Shown: positions 49,516 to 58,578, counted from the stretch's first letter. The stretch is DNA of 60,923 nt from an uncultured virus (IMG/VR IMGVR_UViG_3300044970_001619) (IMGVR_UViG_3300044970_001619:62001-122923), one strand, 5' to 3'. Notes: generated from the letters alone by a model not told the origin. Program-made: numbers and translations.

Positions 49516-50268
49516 TTAGGGACTCAGACGTGCTCTATGCAGTCTCTTCTCTTCATAGTAGTTCCAAACATTTGGTGCCCATAGTTTCAGTTCGGGAGCA
49601 ATTGCATCACAAAGTGCTTGAATTTCAAGTTGAGCATCAAGTTTTGAACGAAGATCCATAAAGTGAAGAACAGACCTTAGATTGAAAGAAACCACAAAGT
49701 TCTGACGAATTGCCTGAGGAAGATAATCCCGAATATGCTCTTCACACATACCCTGCTCATAGTAATCAACATACTCCTCACACTCACTCAAAATGCGATC
49801 TAACTTGCGTTGTCGGTGCTCTTCGGTCCATTCATACTTCTTACCCTTACGATTGGTGTAGAATCCCACAGGGCGCACATAGAAGACCTCTTCAACATCA
49901 AGTTCCTTTTTAGCAACCTTAACTACACGCTTTCCAGTATAACGCTGAGATTGAACATCCCAACTAGTTCCGATACGATGAGTTCTTGCCTGAACGATAA
50001 CATTATGAACAAATCCAGCACAAGAAAAAGTAATGCCAGGGTGCTCAATTGGACCCCAATGCCCTCTCTCATTAGCAAGCAATTGTTCAACAATCCACTG
50101 ACCACATTCGTGATGGTTAGGAACTGGAACGTTATGAATCGGAACTTCAGAATAATCGCCCTTTCCTGCTTGCCAAATAACTTGTTCTGGGATTGGATAA
50201 CCCTGAAGTTTTACAACTTCAAGTCTTTTATCCAGTTCAAGAAGGTCTTTTGCTTTAATAGGTTTCAT
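49516..50268 (-). CDS. thyX: Flavin-dependent thymidylate synthase
   Basis: GHWGPIEH, QARTHRIGTSWDVQSQRY, NLRS...R...AQLEI. Confidence 0.9.
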   Translation of the reverse strand: MKPIKAKDLLELDKRLEVVKLQGYPIPEQVIWQAGKGDYSEVPIHNVPVPNHHECGQWIVEQLLANERGHWGPIEHPGITFSCAGFVHNVIVQARTHRIGTSWDVQSQRYTGKRVVKVAKKELDVEEVFYVRPVGFYTNRKGKKYEWTEEHRQRKLDRILSECEEYVDYYEQGMCEEHIRDYLPQAIRQNFVVSFNLRSVLHFMDLRSKLDAQLEIQALCDAIAPELKLWAPNVWNYYEEKRLHRARLSP

Positions 50269-50432
50269 TTCTTTCCAAATCCTTTTGTTGTTTTTGCTTC
50301 AAGTTCTGCAAGTTCTTGTTTTACTACTCGCAGTTGTTTTTTCATATCAATCAGTTGCTCAGAAGAATATAGGTGTTCTTGTTTTGTCAATCTTTCAAGC
50401 AACTTTACTAGTTCTCGTGCTCTATTAGTCAT
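50265..50432 (-). CDS. Small hypothetical protein (55 aa)
   Basis: Read manually: MTNRARELVKLLERL...KGFGKK; ATGA overlap with thyX. Confidence 0.7.
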   Translation of the reverse strand: MTNRARELVKLLERLTKQEHLYSSEQLIDMKKQLRVVKQELAELEAKTTKGFGKK

Positions 50433-50589
50433 TATCATCCTCAAAGATTTCGTCGTAATCTAAAATTGGTCTTTTTCCCATCGGTTTCATAGGAGTGTAA
50501 GCAGAAACATCAGAATAAATTTCTGCCTTTAGAGAATCAACTAAAAGTTCCAAATTACGGACAATAAGTTTTAGTTTTTCTTTATCCAT
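50425..50589 (-). CDS. Small conserved hypothetical protein
   Basis: MDKEKLKLIVRNLELLVDSLKAEIYSD. Confidence 0.7.
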   Translation of the reverse strand: MDKEKLKLIVRNLELLVDSLKAEIYSDVSAYTPMKPMGKRPILDYDEIFEDDND

Positions 50590-50620
50590 AGAATGTTTTC
50601 TTCTCACTTTATGTTAACAC

Positions 50621-50649
50621 AAAAAAAGGGAGAAGACAATCCCCCCTTT
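50621..50649 (-). terminator. Probable intrinsic terminator
   Basis: AAGGGGGGA...TCTCCCTTTTTTT. Confidence 0.55.
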
Positions 50650-50652
50650 ATC

Positions 50653-50910
50653 TTATTTTTTTGTTTTTTTATCTTTAACTTGATAGTTATATGATTTTGG
50701 ATTTACAGTTCCTTCTGTCCATTTAATCTTTAAGATATTGCCTTTACCATATTGGTCGTAGTAATTATCAAATACTTCTACAAACGAACCTGCTTGAACA
50801 ATATCATATTTTGTTTGATCATCTTCAAGATATGTAATTAAATAAGAGTTCCTGGGTAAACTTTTATTATTTGATACAGAAGGATCACAATTTTTATGTA
50901 TTATTAGCAT
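50653..50910 (-). CDS. Hypothetical protein
   Basis: 85-aa ORF in operon context. Confidence 0.7.
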   Translation of the reverse strand: MLIIHKNCDPSVSNNKSLPRNSYLITYLEDDQTKYDIVQAGSFVEVFDNYYDQYGKGNILKIKWTEGTVNPKSYNYQVKDKKTKK

Positions 50911-50912
50911 AA

Positions 50913-51503
50913 TTAACTTCTATTTCCCCAAGTAATATCTGGGTATGCTTCAGAAACTATTTCTTTAGTAATTTTATATCTTGTTTGTAATTTTTTATCT
51001 TTACACAAACAAAGAATCTCTGCTTCTAATGGATGTAAACCTTCCAACAGATTTACAAAAATATTTTCTCTACGAATACCATTTAAAGAATCATTACCAC
51101 CCTTTACAAAGTTATAAAATTTATCATATTCCTTACGTATTGTAGAATACTTTTGGTCAATTGCTCCGATTGAAGAATCACTCAATTGTTTAACTGCTTC
51201 TTCAATTCTTTCAGACATTGTTGTCGTCTTCATCGTATTATCCCCAAAAAAGGGAACATCACCTTCTGGTAAAACGGATATTACCGATTCATCAAAATTC
51301 CATATAAAAATTGCTTTTAATGAATCGTGCTCATATTTTTTAAGCACTTCGACTTTTTTTACATTAGTTCTTTGTGAACTAGCAAGATTTAAAACTTCAA
51401 AAGCAAAAGGATTTGCAGGAAGATCTATATTTTCATTTACAACTTCTTTTGCTTTTGAAGTGGTTCTTTTAGTCGTTGTTTTTTCTTTTACTGTCATTGT
51501 CAT
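50913..51503 (-). CDS. Conserved T4-like hypothetical protein
   Basis: RRENIFVNLLEGLHPLEAEIL motif. Confidence 0.75.
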   Translation of the reverse strand: MTMTVKEKTTTKRTTSKAKEVVNENIDLPANPFAFEVLNLASSQRTNVKKVEVLKKYEHDSLKAIFIWNFDESVISVLPEGDVPFFGDNTMKTTTMSERIEEAVKQLSDSSIGAIDQKYSTIRKEYDKFYNFVKGGNDSLNGIRRENIFVNLLEGLHPLEAEILCLCKDKKLQTRYKITKEIVSEAYPDITWGNRS

Positions 51504-51540
51504 AAAATTAATGCAGAATTAAATTAATTAAATTTATTTA

Positions 51541-51777
51541 TCAATCATTATCACTATCATCTTCATCAATAAAATAATCAGGATCAAATCTTACTGAAAC
51601 AATTTCTTGATCAATTAACTCACCATTTTTATTGTAAAACTCTGGATGATAAGCAATTTGTTTTGGTCCTTCTTGATAGTTCATCATATATTCTCTGGCA
51701 CTCCATCCGATAAAAAGTCCCACCATAAAAAACAAAACAAATAAAAAAGAACCAAATACTAAATACGTTGCTGTCAT
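51541..51777 (-). CDS. Membrane-anchored hypothetical protein
   Basis: N-terminal TM helix; HPEF motif. Confidence 0.7.
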   Translation of the reverse strand: MTATYLVFGSFLFVLFFMVGLFIGWSAREYMMNYQEGPKQIAYHPEFYNKNGELIDQEIVSVRFDPDYFIDEDDSDND

Positions 51778-51794
51778 TGATCTTCTCCGAGAGA

Positions 51795-51980
51795 CTACTT
51801 TTTTTTCATTATATCTAATTCAATTTTGAAATATATCTCTCTTTTAAGGAAAGAAAATACTTTTTCAAAATTGAAAGTTCTTAATGTCAATTTTGTTTCC
51901 TTTTTCTCTCCTCCTTTTTTTCTAAGCATTAACTCAAAACCACGATTAATGCCATAATTTCCAAAATTATTTATAGACAC
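51795..51980 (-). CDS. Hypothetical protein (start uncertain)
   Basis: 61-aa ORF; TATAAATA at 51968-51975 suggests a later start. Confidence 0.5.
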   Translation of the reverse strand: MSINNFGNYGINRGFELMLRKKGGEKKETKLTLRTFNFEKVFSFLKREIYFKIELDIMKKK

Positions 51981-51982
51981 GA

Positions 51983-52231
51983 TCAGAGCATATTATTTTC
52001 TTTCAAATACGAGATCGTATCAGTACATCCACCAAGATGCAAATCATTTAAAATTACCTGAGGAAATGTTGAACCTTCCCCAAATTCGGAATAGAATTGC
52101 TCTCTATTAAAATCAGTATTGAGTTCATATGAAGTGATTTTATATCCCTTTGATTCACTCAGAAGATTTAAAATTGTCTTTACCTTATCGCAATAAGGGC
52201 AACCTTGTTTTGAATAAATTGTAAAATTCAT
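51983..52231 (-). CDS. nrdC: Glutaredoxin
   Basis: CPYC active site, TFPQV, GGCTD. Confidence 0.9.
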   Translation of the reverse strand: MNFTIYSKQGCPYCDKVKTILNLLSESKGYKITSYELNTDFNREQFYSEFGEGSTFPQVILNDLHLGGCTDTISYLKENNML

Positions 52232-52235
52232 AATA

Positions 52236-52619
52236 CTATAAAACTTTATTTTGTCTTTGAGGGTATTTATAGAGCACTTGCTCTTGCTTATTGTGCATCC
52301 ATTTTATTATAGCACTTCTTTTTTCTTCTGTAAAAAAGATTTGCTTTGAGAACCAATCTTCCCAATCTGTGTGTCCTTTATCATGATTGCATTCTTGGCA
52401 GCAACAGACAACATTGTTTGTGAAATCCGTTCCACCTTTTGATCTTGGAACTATATGATCAATAGTTAATTTTTCTTCAGAACCACAGTAAGCACACTTA
52501 TGATTCCAATTTTCTTTAATGTGCTGTCTCCATATTCGTCTTGCTTCTCCAGAACTTGTTGTGTAAAGATTGAACAAATATTCTTCAGACGAATGAAAAG
52601 GAGTCATAAGTTTTTGCAA
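52236..52619 (-). CDS. HNH endonuclease
   Basis: CAYCG...TIDHIVPRSKGG...NVVCCCQECNHDKG. Confidence 0.9.
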   Translation of the reverse strand: MQKLMTPFHSSEEYLFNLYTTSSGEARRIWRQHIKENWNHKCAYCGSEEKLTIDHIVPRSKGGTDFTNNVVCCCQECNHDKGHTDWEDWFSKQIFFTEEKRSAIIKWMHNKQEQVLYKYPQRQNKVL

Positions 52620-52630
52620 CTTATGATTAT

Positions 52631-54562
52631 TTAGAGATTAAACTTACGTCTAAATGCTTCAAAGTTTATTTGGATTTCTTCATTTGTCAATTCACGATTA
52701 TAAATCATACAATTGTTCCAATGACATTTATAATTAGAATTTGTTCCTGTAGTAATACCTGCAGCAGAATCAGAACCTGTTCCAAAAATTTTATCTAAAT
52801 TGATTTCTCCTGTTGTCATCCAATCAGTTGAAACTCCCACAGATTTAGAACTTCCATTAGTTGATAAAAAACTCTTATAATCTGTCGTAACACCACAAAC
52901 AACAAAAGTCCAATCAGAAAAAGAAGCAGATCTTTGCGACAAAACATCCTGAGCAACTGTAGATGAAGTTGAAAAGGTTCTCCCTGTTCCCCACACAATT
53001 CTAACACATCCTCTGCCACCATTTGCAGGTTCTCTCCAACTATTAGAACTATCTGCCTGATAACTTGCCCCACCACCACCTCCATATATTCCACCAACAG
53101 CTCTTGTTGAATAATTAGTAAAGGTGTTCGGTATGCCATATCTTCCACTACTTCCTGTTGGTGCAGTTCCACTAGAACCAGACAATCCAGACTTTGAACT
53201 AGTGTCACTTCCACTGGCAGTAGTTGAAGTTCCTCCAGCTCCTGTTGTTCTGGTTGCATTATAAATTCCTACTCCTCCACCACTATTAAAATTTCCAGAA
53301 GATCCACTATCTACATTCAAACTTCCACCTCCACCTCCTCCACCTCCCTGTCCAGTGCCACCTGCTCTTTGGGCAGCTGTTTGGCTAACATATCCATATC
53401 CACCAGTTCCACCAGCTCCTGTATATCCTCCTGCTCCTCCACCACCACCTCCACCAAAGGTAGTATAACCATTTCCACCATTTCCACCATTTCCACCACC
53501 ACTAGATGCTGACCCCTGTCCTCCAATTCCACCTGTTCCCCCAGTAGAATCGGATGAACTACTTGACCCAGCACTTCCTCCACTTCCTCCACCAGATAAG
53601 ATTAAAATATCTGTTCCAGTTGCATCATAACCAACCCTTTTTATATAACTATCTCCACCATTTGTACCATCAGTTTTAGGTCTATTAGTAGTATTATTGT
53701 CTTGATAGTAATTTAAAATTTCTACATTTCCACCCTTTCCTCCAGCACCAGATTGAATATAAAGAGTTTCACCTGGAGTTACAGCAAAAGTTCCATACGA
53801 AAGTCCTCCTCCACCACCTCCTGCTCCTTGACCATTACCAGAATCATTACCTCCAGATCCACCTCCACCCCCAACACAAACAGCAGTAATAGAAGTTACA
53901 CCAACAGGAACTACCCAAGTAGTTTGATAATTTGCAGTTATTATTCCCGAAGATGATGGTGTTGTATATGTACCAAATCCACTTGAATACAAATAATTGG
54001 AAGAGTTTTGTAAATGAGTCTCACATGCAGCTGAACTAAGAGAATTATCAACACAATATTGAATTTTTTGATTTGTTATACTACCATTATAACCAGGTAC
54101 TTTTGAATACCATTCAAAATAATCACTATTAACAGAAGAAGTTTCAAACAAAATACTATTTTCATTCTTAGTAGTATCTTTTAGTGAAAATCCTTGCGTA
54201 GTTCCATAACGACCAATCTCTATTAATGAATTACTAGATGATTGATATTGTTGAAAAAAATAATTCCAAGTAGAACTAGTCAAAGTTTGTGGTTTAATCA
54301 TCATACAAATAGTAAAACCACTACCTGTTGAAGCACTTACACTTACGTTTGTATTGCTTATATAAGATAAAGTAGATGTAGATATAAAATGACTTGTTGT
54401 TCCTGAGGATACGAATGTTTGATTGAATGATGTATTTGTGGCACCATAACCCACTAAATTCTTGATTGCTGTTCCTACACCAGAATATGACTTGCTATTT
54501 CCAGCATCATTCAGATAAATCAATCCATCAGTAACAATTCTTGTCTTAATATATCTTCCCAT
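52631..54562 (-). CDS. LamG/concanavalin-like protein with a large glycine-rich insert
   Basis: IVTDGLI...DAGNSKSYSG start and IYNRELTNEEIQINF end, flanking VGGGGG/GGRGCVRIVW glycine-rich domain. Confidence 0.7.
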   Translation of the reverse strand: MGRYIKTRIVTDGLIYLNDAGNSKSYSGVGTAIKNLVGYGATNTSFNQTFVSSGTTSHFISTSTLSYISNTNVSVSASTGSGFTICMMIKPQTLTSSTWNYFFQQYQSSSNSLIEIGRYGTTQGFSLKDTTKNENSILFETSSVNSDYFEWYSKVPGYNGSITNQKIQYCVDNSLSSAACETHLQNSSNYLYSSGFGTYTTPSSSGIITANYQTTWVVPVGVTSITAVCVGGGGGSGGNDSGNGQGAGGGGGGLSYGTFAVTPGETLYIQSGAGGKGGNVEILNYYQDNNTTNRPKTDGTNGGDSYIKRVGYDATGTDILILSGGGSGGSAGSSSSSDSTGGTGGIGGQGSASSGGGNGGNGGNGYTTFGGGGGGGAGGYTGAGGTGGYGYVSQTAAQRAGGTGQGGGGGGGGSLNVDSGSSGNFNSGGGVGIYNATRTTGAGGTSTTASGSDTSSKSGLSGSSGTAPTGSSGRYGIPNTFTNYSTRAVGGIYGGGGGASYQADSSNSWREPANGGRGCVRIVWGTGRTFSTSSTVAQDVLSQRSASFSDWTFVVCGVTTDYKSFLSTNGSSKSVGVSTDWMTTGEINLDKIFGTGSDSAAGITTGTNSNYKCHWNNCMIYNRELTNEEIQINFEAFRRKFNL

Positions 54563-54766
54563 TTAACTATTATTAGTTTTCTTGTATTTATGGGCACAAG
54601 CATCTCTTGCCCAAGCACGACTTAGACTATTTACGTGAGAACAAGATTTCCCAGATTCCCCGCAGTGTGGACATTTAGCATCTGGGGGGTCTCCAACGTA
54701 ACCCTCAAGTGTATACATCTTTTTCTTTTTGAGATTCTCTGCTTGTTTATGTTTACGATGGTTCAT
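54563..54766 (-). CDS. Small Cys/His-containing hypothetical protein
   Basis: CPHC...C-H...CxH. Confidence 0.55.
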   Translation of the reverse strand: MNHRKHKQAENLKKKKMYTLEGYVGDPPDAKCPHCGESGKSCSHVNSLSRAWARDACAHKYKKTNNS

Positions 54767-55053
54767 ACCACCACAGGTTCTCCTTGACCTTCTGGCAATT
54801 TGATTTGCCCAAGTTGTTCCTGATGACGAACATTCTCTTGAACATTAGACATAACAACATTAGATGTAGGAAGTGCTTTTGGAATCTCAATATCAATCAC
54901 AGGACTCATCAGAATCTTATTTCTTGTAATCGTTCGATTTTGTGGGTCAAAGGAAACCATCGCAAGTGCATCCAATTCATCACCACAATCAACAATCTTT
55001 CTTCCAGTCTTGGTGTCAATGACTGAAAAATATTCTTCATTATACTTTTTCAT
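54763..55053 (-). CDS. Hypothetical protein
   Basis: 96-aa ORF coupled to its neighbours. Confidence 0.65.
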   Translation of the reverse strand: MKKYNEEYFSVIDTKTGRKIVDCGDELDALAMVSFDPQNRTITRNKILMSPVIDIEIPKALPTSNVVMSNVQENVRHQEQLGQIKLPEGQGEPVVV

Positions 55054-55162
55054 TTTTCAATTCCTTTTCTTCATTATAAGATGATTCTGGTTTTCTGTAA
55101 AGACCAGGCCAGGTATTCCTGATAATCTCTGCAAGTTTGTATGGTGTCTCCGAACTAATCAT
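55040..55162 (-). CDS. Small hypothetical protein (40 aa)
   Basis: Read manually: MISSETPYKLAEIIRNTWPGLYRKPE... Confidence 0.55.
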   Translation of the reverse strand: MISSETPYKLAEIIRNTWPGLYRKPESSYNEEKELKNEKV

Positions 55163-55863
55163 TTATATTTTTCAAGAGCATAAATTCCATTTTTCTCCAC
55201 AATCGCAGAGCAAGTATCACACCAATCACCACAGCACATATACAAAAGTTTATTAAAGTATCTCACATTTCCGTGATGAATATGCCCACAAATTACACCA
55301 TCATATTTCTTATCTCTTTGAATACAATATGATGCAATATCAGTCTCATATTGATTAATATAATTCTTTCCCCTCACCGTATTCTTCAAAGCATAAACCA
55401 AAGAGAACCGAAAGAATCTTTCCAACCAAAAACTTAATGGTGTAATAATCTCATATCCTTTATTGAACATCAACTGCTTCCAAGACCCAGAAGAATACTC
55501 AGAATACTTATCTCCGTGAATACACAAAAACTTATTACCTTTTGAATCTTTATGAGTATATTCGTCTACCATTCGGAAGTTCTTGTGTTCAAAATTAGTA
55601 TAACGACGAATTTCTGCTTCGTGATTTCCGAGAATATAAATGACCTCTGTTCCTTTCTTTGCCAGGTTTAGAATCTGATGAACACATTTTGTATGTTCTT
55701 TTGCCCAACGAGTATTATATTTTTCCATACAGTGAATATCAATAATATCACCAACCAATACTAACTTTTTGGTTTTTAAGTTTTTAAGAAACTTTAAAAA
55801 CTTTTGAGTATTACAACGAGGGGTTCCTAGATGAACATCACTGACGAAGACGGCATCAAACAT
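55159..55863 (-). CDS. Calcineurin-like metallophosphoesterase, LpxH/PlcP family
   Basis: SDVHLG, VGDIID, GNHE, IHGD, GHIH, GDW. Confidence 0.85.
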   Translation of the reverse strand: MFDAVFVSDVHLGTPRCNTQKFLKFLKNLKTKKLVLVGDIIDIHCMEKYNTRWAKEHTKCVHQILNLAKKGTEVIYILGNHEAEIRRYTNFEHKNFRMVDEYTHKDSKGNKFLCIHGDKYSEYSSGSWKQLMFNKGYEIITPLSFWLERFFRFSLVYALKNTVRGKNYINQYETDIASYCIQRDKKYDGVICGHIHHGNVRYFNKLLYMCCGDWCDTCSAIVEKNGIYALEKYK

Positions 55864-55867
55864 TGTT

Positions 55868-56029
55868 TCAAAACCTTTTTGGAGTATAGTCCATTCCTTC
55901 TAGGAGTGTGTCTAACATTGCTCCATATTCTTTGAATCGTTTATCTCCTGCAATAAAACGACGTTGACGCATCCATACAGCATCTGCCAGAAGTTTGATT
56001 TGGTCTTCTGTGAAGGTTATAGTTTTCAT
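55868..56029 (-). CDS. Small hypothetical protein (53 aa)
   Basis: MKTITFTEDQIKLLADAVWMRQRRFIAGD; start reassigned. Confidence 0.6.
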   Translation of the reverse strand: MKTITFTEDQIKLLADAVWMRQRRFIAGDKRFKEYGAMLDTLLEGMDYTPKRF

Positions 56030-56054
56030 AGTTAAAAGGTAACTGTTGTATGTA

Positions 56055-56135
56055 TTAGAAATCTTGTGCGACTGATAATATGAACATAATAACACCGAAA
56101 AGTTCAAAGAGAAAAAGTATTAGAAGAAATGCCAT
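56055..56135 (-). CDS. Putative 26-aa single-TM peptide
   Basis: Read manually: MAFLLILFLFELFGVIMFILSVAQDF. Confidence 0.4.
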   Translation of the reverse strand: MAFLLILFLFELFGVIMFILSVAQDF

Positions 56136-56162
56136 AAAAAAGGAGTTCTTGTAGAACTCCCT
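56136..56162 (-). terminator. psbD terminator
   Basis: GGAGTTCT-loop-AGAACTCC-TTTTTT. Confidence 0.8.
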
Positions 56163-56170
56163 TATTTATT

Positions 56171-57232
56171 TTAGAGTGCATTGCCCCTCGGGAGAACTTC
56201 CTCTGGAAATACGAACCGTTCCCCTGGTTGGTCTACTGGTGCCATCCAAGCACGTAATCCTTCATTCAAAAGAATGTTCTTCGTGTAGAACGTTTCAAAC
56301 TCAGGGTCTTCTGCAGCACGAATCTCCTGACTTACAAAATCATAAGCACGAAGATTGAGAGCCAAACCAATAATACCAATAGAACTAGTCCAGAGACCCA
56401 TAACGGGAACAAAAAGCATGAAAAAATGTAACCAACGCTTATTGGAAAAAGCAATTCCAAAAATCTGCGACCAGAATCGGTTTGCAGTAACCATTGAATA
56501 AGTCTCTTCCTCTTGCGTAGGTTCAAATGCTTTGAACGTGTTTGCTTGATTTCCATCTTCAAATAGAGTGTTTTCTACAGTTGCTCCGTGAATTGCACAG
56601 AGCAGTGCTCCTCCCAGTATACCAGCAACTCCCATCATATGAAAGGGGTTGAGCGTCCAGTTATGGAAACCTTGTAAGAATAGGAGGAACCTAAAAATCG
56701 CAGCAACACCAAACGACGGCGCAAAGAACCAAGATGACTGTCCGAGTGGATACATGAGAAACACACTGACAAAAACAGCGATAGGCCCAGAAAACGCAAT
56801 AGCATTGTACGGTCTAATTCCTACTAAACGTGCAATTTCAAACTGACGAAGCATGAAACCTATGAGAGCAAAGGCACCGTGGAGTGCCACAAAAGGCCAG
56901 AGTCCCCCAAGTTGGACCCAGCGGACGAAATCTCCCTGAGACTCAGGACCCCAAAGTAGAAGAAGAGAATGACCCATAGCGTCTGCTGGGGTGCTTACCG
57001 CAGCGGTCAACGCATTACAACCTTCTAGAAATGAGGATGCTAAACCGTGTGTATAAAAACTCGTGACGAATGTAATTCCAGTAAACCATCCACCTAATGC
57101 TAGGTAAGCACAAGGCATAAAAAGTAAACCACTCCATCCAATAAACACAAACCTATCTCTTTTCAACCAATCATCAAGTAAATCAAACCAACTTCGTTGT
57201 TGGTTTGGTAATGAAAGTGATGAAGATACCAT
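56171..57232 (-). CDS. psbD: Photosystem II D2 protein
   Basis: Unambiguous D2 sequence ending [19 protein letters not shown]. Confidence 0.99.
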   Translation of the reverse strand: MVSSSLSLPNQQRSWFDLLDDWLKRDRFVFIGWSGLLFMPCAYLALGGWFTGITFVTSFYTHGLASSFLEGCNALTAAVSTPADAMGHSLLLLWGPESQGDFVRWVQLGGLWPFVALHGAFALIGFMLRQFEIARLVGIRPYNAIAFSGPIAVFVSVFLMYPLGQSSWFFAPSFGVAAIFRFLLFLQGFHNWTLNPFHMMGVAGILGGALLCAIHGATVENTLFEDGNQANTFKAFEPTQEEETYSMVTANRFWSQIFGIAFSNKRWLHFFMLFVPVMGLWTSSIGIIGLALNLRAYDFVSQEIRAAEDPEFETFYTKNILLNEGLRAWMAPVDQPGERFVFPEEVLPRGNAL

Positions 57233-57256
57233 CAATCCTCCTTTTAGTATTTCTCA

Positions 57257-57290
57257 TATTTAGTTTACAATACTTCACAAAATAGGTCAA
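57257..57290 (-). promoter_or_regulatory. Tandem sigma70-type and late promoter for psbD
   Basis: TTGACC-N17-TAAACT overlapping TAAATA. Confidence 0.7.
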
Positions 57291-57299
57291 TAGAGATTT

Positions 57300-57878
57300 C
57301 TACTTACCGTATCTTTTATCAATCGGTTTATCTGGGTCAAGTCCCTTTGCCTCTCTATATTTCCTCCATCTCTCTTTTGTTGCTTCACTTCTTCTCTCTC
57401 TTTCTTCTTCACTAATATTTGGATTTTTAGAAGCATTCTTATTACCTTTACCTGCCTCACTCAACTTTTGTTTTGTTTCTTCACTCAACTTTTTACCAAC
57501 CATACGAGTATTACCTTCTAAACTCTTTGAGATTTTTGCCTTATGCTCCTCACTCAACTTCATACCAGTTCTAAACTGTCTCAACTTTTCTTTACTCTCT
57601 TCTGTATGCTTCAACTTACCTTTATGTGATTGACTGATTTTTTGTTTTGTTTCTTCTGTATGAACTCTTCCAGTTGGGTCCATCAGCAACCTTACAATCT
57701 CTTCTTTACCAATAGTTCCTTCTAAACCTTTCCAAGCACAATAATCTTTGATATTACCATATTGCTCCCACAACTTTCTGTGTGCCTCTGCGTGTTCTTC
57801 CACAGTCAGTTCAATAAGATTTGATGAGTCGTCAGTTCCACCCATATGTCTTGGAACAATATGATGTTTATGTTTCAT
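57300..57878 (-). mobile_element. Free-standing HNH homing endonuclease with NUMOD3 repeats
   Basis: HHIVPRHMGGTDDSSNL...EHAEAH; HTEETKQKIS, HTEESKEKLR, LSEEHKAKIS, LSEETKQKLS; TATAAATA at 57908-57915; start reassigned. Confidence 0.9.
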
Positions 57879-57914
57879 TCTTACTGTTGCTGTCTCTACT
57901 ACATTATTATTTAT

Positions 57915-57939
57915 AAAAAAAGAGACCTTCACAGGTCTC
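57915..57939 (-). terminator. Intrinsic terminator
   Basis: GAGACCT-GTGA-AGGTCTC-TTTTTTT. Confidence 0.8.
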
Positions 57940-57962
57940 CTCCGTATCATATCACATTATAC

Positions 57963-58373
57963 TCAACCAATAATACTTTGTCTCCACTCTTCACTCATAT
58001 TCACCATAATAGATTCTGCTGCTTCTGGTGTTTCAGCATATCCTTCATCAAGTAAATGTGAAAGAATGATGTCGTAAATATCTACTTGTTCTTTTTGAGT
58101 TCTTTTCATATTTCTTTCACTTTTAGTCATTTTTCCAGACATACTACCAAAATTTGTAGTACCTAACATTCCATATTTTTGATTACTGAAAAATGAGGGA
58201 TTTTGTTTTGCTTTTCTTACTGTTGGTTTTTCCTGCCCCACTTTTTCAGGATTTCTTTTTGGCATTAATTTTTTTCTTCTTCCGTGAACATCATATTCTT
58301 TATCATTAGTTCCTTCACCAATAACAACTTCCATATATGCTTCTTGAAGACTACGAAATTCTTGTGCGTCCAT
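57963..58373 (-). CDS. Hypothetical late protein, possibly an internal head protein
   Basis: MDAQEFRSLQEAY...DIYDIILSHLLDEGYA; TATAAATA at 58393-58400. Confidence 0.65.
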   Translation of the reverse strand: MDAQEFRSLQEAYMEVVIGEGTNDKEYDVHGRRKKLMPKRNPEKVGQEKPTVRKAKQNPSFFSNQKYGMLGTTNFGSMSGKMTKSERNMKRTQKEQVDIYDIILSHLLDEGYAETPEAAESIMVNMSEEWRQSIIG

Positions 58374-58406
58374 AGTACAAATACCTTTTAAGTATTTATA
58401 TTTTTA

Positions 58407-58526
58407 TCATTCATAAATCATTCCAACAGTCAGTAAGACAAAGCAGAGTATTGTGAATACCATAATTCCTACACCAGCCCAGATCACCCAGTTTGGCATC
58501 TTTTCGTATTCAGTATTGTGAGACAT
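58407..58526 (-). CDS. 39-aa single-TM peptide
   Basis: Read manually: MSHNTEYEKMPNWVIWAGVGIMVFTILCFVLLTVGMIYE. Confidence 0.55.
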   Translation of the reverse strand: MSHNTEYEKMPNWVIWAGVGIMVFTILCFVLLTVGMIYE

Positions 58527-58552
58527 AAAAAAGAGGGTTGTTATACCCTCTT
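58527..58552 (-). terminator. psbA terminator
   Basis: AAGAGGGT-loop-ACCCTCTT-TTTT. Confidence 0.8.
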
Positions 58553-58578
58553 AATTATATCAGTTATTCAGTTTTATA

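Noticed and set aside
49810..50463. 217-aa plus-strand ORF
   Set aside because: Antisense to thyX and its upstream gene; no recognisable motifs
52236..52619. HNH gene as a mobile homing endonuclease
   Set aside because: Short, with no DNA-binding repeats; looks like a resident small phage HNH protein
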